A program made the translations under genes and the position numbers. A DNA stretch of 64,000 nucleotides from Nemertoderma westbladi (lineage: Eukaryota; Animalia; Xenacoelomorpha), in assembly GCA_032718475.1 (NCBI GenBank), contig JAUCBJ010008389.1:103568-167567 (forward strand), in the 5' to 3' direction. Each line of letters starts with the position of its first letter. Positions within the stretch are counted from its first letter, which is position 1. Below are positions 11,801 to 24,080 of this stretch, one piece after another. Under the pieces are notes generated by a model. It searched no databases, was not told the origin of the DNA, and saw nothing but the letters and a program-made list of their open reading frames with translations.

Positions 11801-13762
11801 ACTTCTCAAGGGGAGGACAGCGGGAAAGACACTGACAGATCTTATGTCAATAAAATGCCTAAAGATCAGGTAAGTAAATCCGAGTCTCGACCCAATGACA
11901 GAAGGGAACCGGTACAAAAAACCCTTCCTACGTCTCCTAAAAGAATTCAGGTGAGAAAGCCCGAGGAAAGAACAAGTGTGCACCACATAGCACAGGTTAA
12001 AGTAAGTAACATCAAGCCGAAATGTGTGCTGTGCGACGGGCCCCACCGTTTAAATGCGTGTGATAAATTCCTGAGGAAATCACTAAAGGATAGACGTGAA
12101 GTCATGTGGGATAAGCGGTTGTGTTATAATTGCCTCAGACGAGGACACCAACGGCGAACCTGTAACTCCGACGCAAGGTGTGCAAAGTGCGGCGCAAAAC
12201 ATCATATCTTGTTACACACGGAATTCGAACGAAGCAGCCCGAGTCAGGTAAGTGAGTCCGAACTACATGTCCAATTCAGTGATGTGAACGACACTGATCA
12301 ATCTGAGATGGAAGGATTCTATACGGACGAGTTCTCCGACCAAAACGAATCCTGTTACCTAATAAACACCACCGCAGTGTATCGAGCACTCGTGTATGAA
12401 AAAGACACAGACAGCGACCTCACCCTAACTACTTCAGATCAACAACCATCTTGGAAAGCGCCAACTTCCAATATAGGAATCCGAGAATTTCCTGTAGTCC
12501 AGTTACGGGTCCACGGACCTCAGAAGAGCTATATAGTGAACGCCCTCCTGGACTCCGGTAGCACAGGAACATTCATCGATAAAGAACTAGCCGAAGTCAT
12601 CTTTGCTGGACAACCCATGTTCCGAACCAAGCTAAACATGTCAGGAATCATGCAAGTTTGGAAATCTACAGTAACAGCTGATTATTATGTAGGCGCGTTG
12701 TCCACCCCCCAGGACGAACTAGGAGAACATAGCATAAGGTCAGTGAAAATGGTGGCTATAAAGAACTTCGCTACTACTCAAGCAGACCTTTATAATTGGG
12801 ACGAGGATGAGAGCATCCAACATCTTAACATACCTCGATTCCAGACTGATTATCCTGGAGTGCAAATACTCATCGGCCAAAACGCGCATGAGGCGCTGGA
12901 GACATTAGAGAAACGACCTGCTCAACCGCAGCCACTACAGACCTATGCGGTAAGAACTAGAGTAGGTTGGTACCTTACTGGACCTTCCCGTAGAATGCTC
13001 AGGGAAAGACTGCTTCAAGATCGCGTCTGCCAGGTGAGTGAATGGGAAGATGATACTAGTGAGGGAGACGACCCAACTGAGGGAACACCACACTCCTCAG
13101 ATAATGACAATCTTAGCTCCAATGTAGATCAATGGAGATATTGCCCCAAGAAGTTTAATCCAACGGACATCGCTTTCAGAGGAGCGACTCCTCAAGAACT
13201 GACAGATACTATAGACCGGTTAGGTGAACCCGACTTCCTGAGTAAGGAGAATGAATGGCCTCCCCATCTTACTCCGACTGAGATTAGACCAGCCAAGGGA
13301 GCGGAGAAAGTCGAACCTGAAACCCGGACGGGTGGATCGGAGTTATTTGAACCCGGGATAGATCTGTCGGTATTACATGTTGCCAGGGACGACGCCGTGG
13401 ATCTGGGCCTCCCCTCCGCGAGTGGATCCTTCATGAAGATCAGAGAGAGCGATTGGAGCTCTGGAACATCAGACGTCTCTCAGGGACTCTCACCTCTCCT
13501 GCAGAGAGCGACGGACCACTATAGCTCCTGGAATCGGCTTTGTGACGCCGTCATATACTTTGAGCGATGTTTCTATCGTCACTATTCCAGGACGAAGAGG
13601 AAACCTGGAATTGTATTCAGGATGCAGCGACTCAATCACCCAGTCGGTCGTTTGTGTTTATCGGAAGGGAATGGAGGACTCTCCGGAAACTGTGGAAGGC
13701 AAGATTCTCTTCCCACGACCACCTCCCTAATCCTTCAAACATCTAGGGACTCCATAACGTAA
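8813..13762 (+). CDS. Bel/Pao Gag-protease polyprotein (1649 aa) lacking RT, RNase H core and integrase
   Basis: Pao gag core KFNGDEMKW...EKLRYLIECLEG; three knuckles CVLCDGPHRLNAC, CYNCLRRGHQRRTC, CAKCGAKHHILLH; protease ALLDSGS...ILIG...RTRVGWYLTG. It then jumps in frame to the post-RNase H remnant WRYCPKKFNPTDIAFRG...PDFL...WP. Confidence 0.9.
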   Translation: MSDTKQNLSDSLLDVTICDSDRDVQPSGHKSSSPPTVRKVIPPVVITEPRLVQHRRSIIGTRAQVKRDQKAAEQQQPTSQELIPQRPSSSSSEDTVELTPESGAEMTDAVYTDPLLILPAAVLAGLLIAVEEHQIDWARSQRSTRDSYAGYTSEELKSIVESQWNFPGPGLPFDLSEAAWEDIHRMGVAKETIDPAVWKRSAAGYAQGFFSSMERIEKQLFQQPQGPQEQGSLLYQVRERVLRIRLILSAFEEASKRKQDTSLQVAVKTWFQRVSRQVQGAAQWKAQLEERSTHGESTDATFSQVESEATAEKPHKRDAIDIYLSDYQRFLGDEELRRRLEGLSPNSEGAKLVLDAIDVDRLAANQAKFDEQLRIAREQEEQVKKKRIEDRKTTAVAAAVAAAEAERKAALAIAEAAAETERKAALAIAEAVVEAERRASEEATQLELEILQEKQDNFNKQLTASNMQMMSRSTPKRQGYTSSEEGDTTDTEGGGNRSRPSRRKRTFHRQKLPDLPPAVRRQLNNTKVGSTESTDQIITIERLPTIVDEPEIIRPVLEITPSVIDIPVLPETTSKFPLHSTKLPVPRRTAPDTVQVLDPERIIHNLSPVVPRPPATTLADPVSAVDWVDERRRGMDILLGEMKENRIRSSQQVRELEGTVQHLKGTVRESKLELQEVQQNIALERDKLVNLQKGIPPPPVTMCQPVRSEVSHAQGVEPTRIYTASEVETPIVNPIKGNYRPVDSDIPYRLDHNPRNLYTDTSILNSTMAQESFTRQMARTEARQAVKVGEIVKFNGDEMKWLPFNEYYKDNIQNSVLSNGEKLRYLIECLEGSPKLMALRFIGHPDGLRQVWDTLNIRYGNRNNIAGYLYAKLVAPRKFISSGIIEFSDEIQESCRQLDWLGKSHEYQSAMVIRAVASALPKGGVGTRWDRKVLYMMEQQRRDPTMADLMSFLDGEVKLQLLRQSREKTLENKVSEKPVSRRRVTPVCYTDDGESQTSQGEDSGKDTDRSYVNKMPKDQVSKSESRPNDRREPVQKTLPTSPKRIQVRKPEERTSVHHIAQVKVSNIKPKCVLCDGPHRLNACDKFLRKSLKDRREVMWDKRLCYNCLRRGHQRRTCNSDARCAKCGAKHHILLHTEFERSSPSQVSESELHVQFSDVNDTDQSEMEGFYTDEFSDQNESCYLINTTAVYRALVYEKDTDSDLTLTTSDQQPSWKAPTSNIGIREFPVVQLRVHGPQKSYIVNALLDSGSTGTFIDKELAEVIFAGQPMFRTKLNMSGIMQVWKSTVTADYYVGALSTPQDELGEHSIRSVKMVAIKNFATTQADLYNWDEDESIQHLNIPRFQTDYPGVQILIGQNAHEALETLEKRPAQPQPLQTYAVRTRVGWYLTGPSRRMLRERLLQDRVCQVSEWEDDTSEGDDPTEGTPHSSDNDNLSSNVDQWRYCPKKFNPTDIAFRGATPQELTDTIDRLGEPDFLSKENEWPPHLTPTEIRPAKGAEKVEPETRTGGSELFEPGIDLSVLHVARDDAVDLGLPSASGSFMKIRESDWSSGTSDVSQGLSPLLQRATDHYSSWNRLCDAVIYFERCFYRHYSRTKRKPGIVFRMQRLNHPVGRLCLSEGNGGLSGNCGRQDSLPTTTSLILQTSRDSIT

Positions 13763-16572
13763 CAACATATGGAGTGGGTGTGTGACTCTATTATTTTATA
13801 TTATTATTATTATTTTTATATTTATGTATGTATTACTATGTAATTTTATTATAATCGTTTTATTTAATTTAGTAGAATATTATTTAGCGATTATTTTGTA
13901 GAATAGTGCAATATATTCGTGTTTATTATGTACATACTTACTTATATTATATTTAGTGCGACGGCGAAGAAATAATTATTTTTCTCTTTCCTTACTGTCC
14001 GTATTATATTATAAATACGTAACTACAGTAAGATGAAATGTCTGTACTTATTAAAGTACAATAAAGCCACTACTATATTTAAGTATTATTGGTAGGCAGA
14101 GTATTAGGAATGCAAAGTTCAGATCCTCGTGTCTCGGCTAAACCAAGCTCTGGGTAGACCTTGGAAACGACTTGCCTCTTCACACTGACATTGCTTCGTG
14201 CGATATTGCTCTCATACCGTATATTAAATAATACATATAGTAGCGTGATGTCCCTTTAACAGTAGCGTATAACGCAAAATAAATCTGTTAAACCCTTTGA
14301 CCATCTGTAATTCTAGTCGATTAAGATATCGTGGCACCCACCGATATACTTGAAAGACAAATTATAGAATCAGTGGTTAACGTCCCCAGACAAGTTCTGG
14401 AATAAATCGGTGCCCATCTCAAATATTAATTAGTTAATATTTACAAATCAAATAAGTCAAAATCTGTAAAATTCAGATCCTTCAACAATTCTAGTCAATT
14501 AAGATATCGTAGCATTTACCGATATTCTTAAAAAAGACAATTGTCATAGAATTAAGGATCTTGTGTCCCTAGACATGTTCTAGAATCAAAATATGTCCAT
14601 TTAATTATCAAATAATAAAATTTCAGGGAATAAATTTAAATTCATGTCTTTTAATGAATTTAATAAATTGCCATTTTTACGCAATTTATAAAGTTCCCAA
14701 AATTCCATTAATTAATAGATCAAGGGAGCGGAGATTTATCTTATCATGCGTATGAGTGTGTGAAAGTCTCCCAAACATAGTCAATAGCCGATAAAATTCA
14801 TAAAGTCATGTATAAAACAGAACATTGACTATTAAAGAATACTATTAAATAACATCCCAGATCTGTATGCATTGGAATTACTCTAATTCTACCGCTAGCT
14901 TTGCATAATGTCACCATAGCAACAACCACGCTAGAATTAGAATTGAGTTAAAAGAACAATAGAAAGCTTGTCCCATTAAATAGCATAGGGAATAAATAGC
15001 GCACTACTAGTATCCAAGGATACATAATAATACAGTGACATTCTGGAAGGTATTGACTAACGGACAAATTGCCCGAATGTGTGTAATTTGTGACAAGTTG
15101 TGTGTGTGGTATTTGTGAGTTTATAGGTGAATGTTACTGCTAAGGTGTGTTTACAGTAGCCAGTCGCAATCGTAAAGTAACCTAACTCTCCAAGGAATAC
15201 CTGAAGTACATCTAAGCCTTTGGGACGGACAGTCGAGTGACTTGTGCCAGTTGTCGTTGTCGTTGTGCGGCTACGTCGTTGGCGAAAGTACGGCGGCGAC
15301 GACACATCGGCGCTGAGGATCTCGTCCTGTCCGGGGGTTGATTGAGGTAGGCAGCGACGCCCGCTCGCCTAAATATAAACTCATTATAATATGGATAAAC
15401 TCATATATAGCAGATATGACGGAGTTGATAGAAGATGGTCTTGTCATCCTATCGATTTACACAATACGGACTATGTCGGCTATATATCCTGCCCAGCGGA
15501 GTCGGAACCATAAACGGAAATTCGAATGCGAAAATTCTATTCGAAATCGACTCGAAAGAAAAGACACTTAAGAAACAAATGGACGCGGTAACTCCAACGT
15601 ATATTTGGAATTCTTGATAGAAGCATTGTAACAACAAATAAATATCACCCGCGTTTACCCTACCAGACGTGCGTCTTTGGTATTATTACGATAAATGCCC
15701 TAGACCCAACTAATAAACGGAAAGACATAAACATCCACGTAAACCGAAACTTGTTGACGTATCACCTATGCTCACTCGGTTCGAACGATCCTGGAGTAAA
15801 CCTACGATCAGAGTCCCGGAATACTCGGTCAAACCTCCTCATTCCTTAGTTGGACCTCAGACCTGCGATCTTGGTGGTGTCGCGGATCCTCGCGGACTGT
15901 ATTCACTGTTCAAAGATCTAGTGCTACCCTAACAATTAATCGGTAACACTCCGACAGTGATTTCTAGCTAGCCGCCCATCTTACCTAGCCGGATTGTGAC
16001 GCGGACACCTAATATCACTATCCAACCGTATGGTCGTCCACGTTTAACGCGATACAACCCCTCATCAAGGTGAAGGAGAGCGTTGTACGAAACGAGTTAA
16101 ACGCTATTTTATAAAGATCAAAAAGGAAACCTGCGTTTGTTCAGATAAACGTAAGTTATAACAGTGAGTCCAATCGATAAACGAATTGGCCTTATCTCAA
16201 TTCGATTGGGAAATCCAGAATCTCTAAGAAGTTATCGAACTTGGACGATCCTATTCTCTGCGAGAGTTTTTGGATGAACGTATCCAGCTACGAGCGGAGG
16301 AAAATCAGCTCGAGGAGAAGCAGATCGAAACGGCAGATACCTCGACCACAATCCTACACCTTCTGATGCAATCATATTGCACCCTTCACCCAGGAGTTAT
16401 GGCCCTCCTAGTAAAGTGGCTCCCCCCAAAGAGAAAAAGACTCTTGCTAGCCTCAAAAAACTGCGTAAACGCCGTCTGCGTAAGAAAGACTAACTGTTTA
16501 GAGTATCTTTATGTTTTTAGAAACTGTGATTTTTATATTTTATAGACTGAAAATCCCATTTTCTGGGAGCGG

Positions 16573-17807
16573 TGTAAAAGCCTTTGCTGAATTGCCCCGT
16601 TATTTTTATTATCTTTTACATTAAAATACTCTGTAGTTGATTTAATAAGTGTAAGAGACCGTATTATTGCTGTATCGGTGTTTTTAGAGGATCTAAGACC
16701 TATTTCCTCCGTATGTGTACTGTGAAAGGCATATTTTATGATTCTATGGCAATTCGTGACGCAAAGGGGTGATAGCTACTCTTGAACAGTAGTTACTATG
16801 ACTACGGTTAACAGCTGACATTCATACGTGTTGATTTCCTTTGTTCTACGGCGTCTCTCAGTTCAGTCAGCCAATTAGAGCGTTTTGTGGCTCCTTGTAC
16901 AGAAAATTTCCGAGAAATGACGCAATGCCTATGTGCAGTGTTTACATTCAGTCCTGAGCCAAAGAAAGAACGGCTTGAAAGTATTTTGTGCTTTACTGTT
17001 TTTAGTCTTACACTAGTAGGTTTAATTACAAGGACATATATCCTTTAACTACCTGACTCATGGAATCACTGCTAACTGATCATACATACTGACTGCTGAA
17101 ACATTGCAAACTCGTAACAATCAGTGTTCAATTGTTGTTTTATACTGCTATTTACTGTCAGTTCTTCATAATATGGTTGATGAATTATTATATTTGGAAT
17201 AACGATAAATAACCCCGAAACCCAATATTCTTGATATACCGAAGGTAAGAGAGAAAGGTTACCAATAACGATTGTGACTTATGTTGAAGTGGTTTGAAGT
17301 GAATCTAATGTTATTTGATAGACCCTACATGAGTCAGCCTGTGTTCCTTTTATATGTGACTAAAATCAGTGAAGATTGGCAGATTAGTGTGCAGTATTGT
17401 GCAGCATTGTGTATGAGTGAGTCTGTTAAAGAAGCAATTCCTAAAGAATGCGCCATATATGTGAATTATAATTAAGCCATATCGTTGTGAGTAGTTTAAG
17501 TCATAACTCTGTTTATATAGATAAAGCGCCACGTCCTAAAGGAACTGTTAATATTCCCGAAGGTGAATAATATTGTCAGAGATTATATAATACTGTCAGT
17601 CGAATAATACATTAGGCTTACATAGCAATAAAATTAAACCGTCGAACCCAATCTCCCGGGAATCTCCAGCGGGTGAATGGTCGCGCACGGATTGGTTTCG
17701 ACTAGTGTAGTGAATCAAATACTTGTCATAGACTAAAAACAGATTTAATATCTAGAAGACATCTTAATTTGGTGGGTTAAACTGCCAAAGGTCTGAAAGC
17801 GCGAACA
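16573..17807 (+). repeat. 3' LTR of element 1 (about 1235 bp)
   Basis: TG...CA ends, preceded by a PPT-like GGGAGCGG; AATAAA near 17627. The start is inferred from the PPT/TGT junction because the 5' LTR is truncated. Confidence 0.8.
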
Positions 17808-18480
17808 ACTGGCAAACTCCCAGTAGTAGTCTGCCCCTACAAGTAGTTGTACTGGAAATGTATCATGTGAGTCTGACATTAATGTAGGATCTGCGAGATC
17901 TGTTGCCTTGAGTGAAAGTTTTGCTCTCCATTCACTAGAAGTTATATTATTTTGTAATGGCTCACATATTTTTGGTACAACAACTGCTTCTATAGCAGCA
18001 ATTGACCCATTCCGCAACAACAAGTTTACTTTGAATATCCGGTGATTTAGCGCAACCTTCTTGCCTCCACCAAATCCTTGAACGGACATTCTTTCTTATC
18101 CAATTGGCCTTAAATTATGCTCGTTAACAAATTCTTGTGTAATGAATGTCCAACAGTCTTCATAGAGCATCAACTTGTGATATTCTGAGAGACAAAGTAT
18201 TCTGCTACACGTTTAGTATAGAAGCTAAACTTCTTAGTGTAAATAGCTTTAGTAACCATCAACCAAACGCAGGTAAAGTACGTGACGCGCATAAATTTTA
18301 AAATATATTTTTTTTAATGTAAGTCCAAAATCCAGCGAATTGAGCACCTTGAGGTAATAAATGAGTCCGCAGCAGCCAAGAGGTAATATTGCTGTTTCCA
18401 AAACAGCCTTTATTGACATTTCAAACTTAACAATATTGAGGGAATTTGATGTAAAACAAAGTAAAGTACGTGAGGTAGAC
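17808..18480 (-). pseudogene. Duplicate copy of the decayed Bel/Pao protease region
   Basis: 17809-18380 repeats 5222-5793 almost exactly, then continues into the AVLETAILPL protease-leader motif. Confidence 0.8.
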
Positions 18481-19597
18481 ATATCGTTTTGCAGGCTTCA
18501 GTTGCGGGTGGATAGAGTTGTCATCCAATAGACGCCGAGCTCCGGGTGGCCTGATGGGCAGGATTCACAGTGTGTGATGCGCTGGCACTGCTTAAGTGGT
18601 CAGTTATAGTCCATACAACTGTCACCTACTTTACGAAAAAAAAATTTTATGTCACGTACTTTACGAAAAAATATTTTTATGTCACGTACTTTACCATTGT
18701 AAATGTGTCAAAAGCACAGAATTTTCGAGAAATGTTCTACGCAAAACATGTAAATATACTTTAATATTGTAGATTCCACTTTTAGTTACCTTGGAGCTAA
18801 ATTTGACTTTATAAAATAAAATAATACATATTTTTGGTAAAGTACGTGACATTCAAATTGCCTCATGCAAAAATCAAAAATATTAGTCAGTCAACTCGTT
18901 TTAGATCATGAACAACGTGGCATCGCATTCCCAAAATGTATATATTCCATCTGAAAAGGCTGAAAATAGCAAAACTGTATTGCATTATATCAAATTTTCA
19001 AAATACAAAATGTCTCTAATTTTTAAAAAAAAGTTGAAATTTTAACGCACCAGCTACCAGAGCAATTTACGATACTAGAATTTATATATTTGAGATTTAT
19101 AGTTTCAGATTCGTATTCTGCGATAAATTTCGATCTAGTAAAAGTTCACAAAAGCCAACCATACCTAATTTTTAGAAATGAGCCCTTGGTTGACGTTATC
19201 GTGGAACGTGCCAAATACAGTTGACGTCAATCAATTTAACCGTGAGTAATATTCTGTAGAAATTCTGGGGTGTGTCTATAGAAATTTATATAGACCGCAT
19301 TAATCGCCACCGCAAGCTGTTACCACTTACGTCAACCAATTTAAGCGTAAATAAATATTTCCATTGAAATTTAGGAAGTTTTTCAAAAAAAAAATTATCT
19401 CAGGACAATAGCGATTAAACCGGTTGAGTGGTTAAAATATACCCGTTATCCCGATAGCCCATCATTATATTATAAATACGTCGTAAAATACTTTATTTCA
19501 TCATTCGGGTTAATTGATTATTTCATATTTTTTCGTGCATTGTTTTAGCACAATATTATTGATTATTTTTACACTTAATATTTCACAAAATTTGTCG

Positions 19598-20853
19598 ATG
19601 GAATCTGTGAAACCGCCACAATCAAAAATGACGCCATTAAGTGGTAGCTCTACTAGCAGTGTACCCACCCCATACGTAACAGTGGCTACGGGTAAGAGTT
19701 CGTGGAGTCTCGAGTGTTTGGAAGAAGGAATAGAAATAAAAGCATTTAATGGGAAATACGTTTGATTCAATCGTTGGGGTGATGCCAACAAAGGACGCAA
19801 TGTCGTGCAAGAATCGGTAAGTCTTACTTACCAGAACATAAGATTCCTATTTGACTTCCTCAATTATAAGAAAATAGCTATTGAATATTATAAGGAATAC
19901 ACCAGAGGTAATTTGTTTATAACACCCATAAATCACGCGTACTTACGCATTGGGAAAAACGGCGCATCAATCTTTATCTCGCGAAGAATTCTAGATGTCT
20001 TACAAAACATCTACGCCAAAGCCGTTCTTTCCCGTATTGAACCAAAAAAGAAGGAAATTCACGATGAGAATTTTATGGAGTTCGAAGATTGTGGGTACAT
20101 TGGATATATCTACGACTTTGAAGGGCAACGATTTGTCGGCGTTTGGGAAGCGGATGATATAGGTAGACAGCGGAAGGGTGTTCTATATTACAATGGGTTG
20201 AATCTCAGAGCGGATGAATTCTGTTTGCTCGACTTTAACATAGATAAGAATGTCAGGAGAATATCGACGAGGTTAGTATAAGGTACACATCGATCGTTAA
20301 CGAAAACGGGATATATTTGTCCCACAACTTCGACACCAAGGTTATTTTCATCCCTCGAAACAACGCAAATGTCAAGATAATTAAGGAATTACAGAAGTAC
20401 GCGGGCCACTATATTCCGACTGGGTGTGACTTTCTACCGATTAAAAAGTTAGTTGTTGAGGCTGCGATTGATGAATTAGCGGGCGAGGAACCCATGAAAG
20501 TGGAAATGCTGAACAACGCTAGTCAGCTGAAGACGTCCGAAGCAGTAAAAGTCACTGCTAAGAAAATGGATGAGAAAAAAATCTGGTTGCCGACGATTGC
20601 GGAAAGTGAACTAAGAGGCAGCGCTGAAAAAAAGAATGATTATAAGGATATTGATACCCTCGTTGGGGGTGTGAGCGCTCAGATGAAGATGAAAACACCT
20701 AAAGCCATGAAAGAACAAGCGCTTAAGCGAAAAATTGATCTCGTCGTGAATAAAACACCTAGCTATGAGTATGAAGATATCAGCGACTTTGAAGAGGACA
20801 TCGTGGATGATGAAGTCATACCTCAAATAAAGAAGATTAAACATTCAGTGTGA
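19598..20853 (+). pseudogene. Polinton accessory gene with PC4-like ssDNA-binding segments and an acidic/basic tail (one stop, one frameshift)
   Basis: ATG at 19598. A TGA at 19763 is followed in frame by ORF 19805-20281. The frame of ORF 20317-20853 is open back to 20248, so the three pieces look like one gene. YIYDFEGQRFVGVW...KGVLYYNGLNLRADEF resembles PC4. Confidence 0.5.
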
Positions 20854-22651
20854 ATATTTCGAGCGGTAGAAACTTTATTATTATAAATAGGTCGCGTTCG
20901 TAGGTGGTGTCGCTGTATCGAGTCAGACATGGTTAAATAATTATTATTATTTTGTGGTAGAAAATTATAAATTTGTTAAATTATTTGTTGGTATAATTAA
21001 TTATCGGTTGAAATATTTGTTGGTATAATGATAATATTATAAATACAATAACCTTACTTCGTCGTAGCTCGCCCCACTACTCATTAATGGCACCCATATG
21101 CTAAGGCTTCACTCGCTTCATGGCTCGCCCCATTTTTTCAATGTTGGAAGGAATGATGGGGATGTTGGGTGATGGTGGTGGTGGTAATGATGCTGAGGAT
21201 GAGGAAGAAGACTGGGCGGATGGCGATAGCGGGATAAGCGGGTGAGGTGGTGGGAGAAATTTTTAAACCTTTTTTAGTTGTTGCGTCATAACATTACTTC
21301 GATGCTATCACTCACTTCATGGCTCGCCCCATAGGTAGAATAATCAAATTAAAATAATATTATAAATACTATAACCTTAACCCATATGCTAAGGCTTCAC
21401 TCGCTTCATGGCTCGCCCCATTTTTTCATCAAATCACGAAATCATGTTAAAGACTTTATAACAAACGTCTGCAACCCACTTACTATATTGGGTTTTACCT
21501 ATTGCGGTTCAAGGTCAAACGCCAATCACTCACTTCATGGCTCGCCCATAAGTCTGTGTTTATTTACCTTTTTAGTTGTTGCGTCATAACCTTACTTCGA
21601 TGCTATCACTCACTTCATGGCTCGCCCCATAGGTAGAATAATCAAATTAAAATAATATTATAAATACTATAACCTTAACCCATATGCTAAGGCTTCACTC
21701 GCTTCATGGCTCGCCCCCATTTTTTCATCAAATCACGAAATCATGTTAAAGACTTTATAACAAACGTCTGCAACCCACTTACTATATTGGGTTTTACCTA
21801 TTGCGGTTCAAGGTCAAACGCCAATCACTCACTTCATGGCTCGCCCCATAAGTCTGTGTTTATTTACCTTTTTCAGTTGTTGCGTCATAACCTTACTTCG
21901 ATGCTATCACTCACTTCATGGCTCGCTATTATAAATACTATAACTTTATACTCACTTCACGGCTCGCCCCACAACTAGTTGCTTAGCAATAACTATAGAA
22001 TTGTAATATTGGTGGCTGTCGTTAGTTGAATACAATAACCTTACTTCGATGCTATCACTCACTTCATGGCTCGCCCCATAAGTCTGTATTTAGTTACCTT
22101 TTTAGTTGTTGCGTCATAACCTTACTTCGATGCTATCACTCACTTCATGGCTCGCCCCGTAGGTTGAATAATCAAATCATGTTAAAGACTTTTATAACAA
22201 ACGTCTGCAACCCACTTACTATATGGGGTTTTACCTATTGCGGTTCAAGGTCAAACGCGTGCGGTAGCCGCCGTTAGTCTGTGTTTATTCACCTTTTTTA
22301 GTTGTTGCGTCTGTAATAGTCTATCATGTTAAAGACTTTTATAACAAACGTCTGCGACCCACTTACTATATTGGGTTTTACCTATTGCAGTTCAAGGTCA
22401 AACGCCAACCGGTAGACGCGAATTAATTAAATTACTTCCGTCTGTGGACTGGCCTTATACCGCATATGTCACATATACACAGTGGTGACATATGTTACAT
22501 ATGCACAATGGTAACCATAGTAACCATAGTAAGTGGGTGGGGCAACAATAGTAATCATAGTAAGTAGGTGGGGCAAGAGCCGTTCGGCAAATTCTTTAAC
22601 ATGGTAGACTATGGCAGACACTGTCTCAATCCCGGTGTTTAGCATACTACT
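20260..22651. repeat. Right inverted arm of the Polinton, with 300-bp tandem units and terminal ACTACT
   Basis: Reverse complement of 1-1909 (position 1 corresponds to 22450), plus extra partial units at about 21900-22400. Followed by ATTATT, a candidate 6-bp TSD whose left copy is not visible. Confidence 0.88.
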
Positions 22652-22763
22652 ATTATTGGCCCAAAATAACCAAATAGGAATTCCTAGTTACTAAATTTAT
22701 TTGAATATTTGGACGTTTTTAAGAGTTTATCGTGCCTTGGTTTCTGTTAATATTTACGTGTTA

Positions 22764-22856
22764 TGTGGGGCGAGCCATGAAGTTGGCGGAGCCTTAGCGA
22801 ATTGACACTGTTAGGGGGTGGGTCAATTTATGCAAATAGTTGTCGTCGTCGTCGTT

Positions 22857-22934
<78 letters not shown>

Positions 22935-24080
22935 GTCGTCGTCGTCGTCGTCGTTACGATTTTGACATGCTAATAACTTTGTCAGATTTAAAGCTGCCAA
23001 GTTGAAAATTTGTAGGTATCAATATGAGCAAAAGTTGAGATTTTTGAGAGACTTTCAGACACCATCAGTGCAATGGTCTCCCGCTAGAGGGCCACATGTC
23101 TAAACATTAAATGCCCTCCCATTTCTTTGCTTTTAATCCGTTTAAGCTGAAACTTGGCAGATATGTATTAGACCATTAGCTGTGACTTTCAAAGGAGGCG
23201 AATCCATCTGCAGTTCTCCAGTCTGCCGCTAGAGGGCGAAATGTCCCGAATGTGAAATTATTCTTCCATTTAGTTGTTTATGATCTGATTACGCTGAAAC
23301 TTGTCATATATGTACTAGATGACATCCTGAGTCTTTGTGTGGATTGTAATCGGTCCGAAGTTTTCCAGTCTGCCGGTAGAGGGCCACATGTCTAAACATT
23401 AAATGCCCTCCCATTTCTTTGCTTTTAATCCGTTTAAGCTGAAACTTGGCAGATATGTATTAGACCATTAGCTGTGACTTTCAAAGGAGGCGAATCCATC
23501 TGCAGTTCTCCAGTCTGCCGCTAGAGGGCGAAATGTCCCGAATGTGAAATTATTCTTCCATTTAGTTGTTTATGATCTGATTACGCTGAAACTTGTCATA
23601 TATGTACTAGAAGACATCCTAAGTCTTTGTGTGGACAGTAATCGGTCCGGAGTTTTCGAGTCTGCCGCTAGAGGGCGAAATGTAGGAAAGTGATAACCTT
23701 CGCGAATTCCTTGATCTTAATCTATTTAAGCTGAATTTTGGAATATACAGTACCGGTGTGTACTAGACCCCATGCCTCGTCTTTGTGAGGAAGGTGATCG
23801 ATCCGTAGTTCTTTAATATGCCGCTAGAGGGCTAAATGTATGAAAGTGAAAACCTTCCAACATTTCGTTATTTATGATCCGTCAATCGGAAACTTGGTAG
23901 ATATGTAATAGACCATAGGCTGTGGCTTTGTAGGGAAACTAATCCTTCCTTCTTCAGTTACCCAGTCTCCCGCTAGAGGGTTAACGTTTTCCGGGAAAAT
24001 CTTCTCCTATGTGTATCCTTTCGAGTTGATACTTAGCATTAACTCATTTCACGTGCTGCGCGAAGGCCCCACTTCGTGTA
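22764..24080 (+). mobile_element. DINE-1/HINE-like non-autonomous element with a (GTC)n microsatellite and internal tandem units
   Basis: 5' end TGTGGGGCGAGCCA; (GTC)n at 22843-22953; about 150-bp units marked by CCGCTAGAGGG; 3' end GCGAAGGCCCCACTTCGTGTA with subterminal inverted GTGGGGC/GCCCCAC. The family is assigned by architecture only. Confidence 0.6.

Larger units (their letters stand above)
5870..17807 (+). mobile_element. Non-autonomous Bel/Pao LTR element 1 (gag-protease only), 5' LTR truncated by a deletion
   Basis: 5870-6620 matches 17057-17807 (one mismatch noticed). The 3' LTR starts TGTAAAAG at 16573 after a purine tract and ends ...GCGAACA. Contains a single long gag-protease ORF. 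Confidence 0.88.
1..22651. mobile_element. Defective Polinton/Maverick element carrying nested retrotransposons (left end about 200 bp outside the window)
   Basis: 1-1909 is the reverse complement of about 20260-22450. The right arm ends in ...CATACTACT at 22651, matching the typical Polinton terminus (5'-AGTAGT...ACTACT-3'). Integrase C-terminus and penton-like ORFs lie inside. No pPolB, ATPase, protease or major capsid gene is visible. Confidence 0.85.

Noticed and set aside
22794-23005. Poly-Asp or poly-Arg proteins (also 27652-27978), tempting given the SAARP-like neighbour
   Set aside because: These are translations of a (GTC)n microsatellite inside a repeat element, with no splice-site support.
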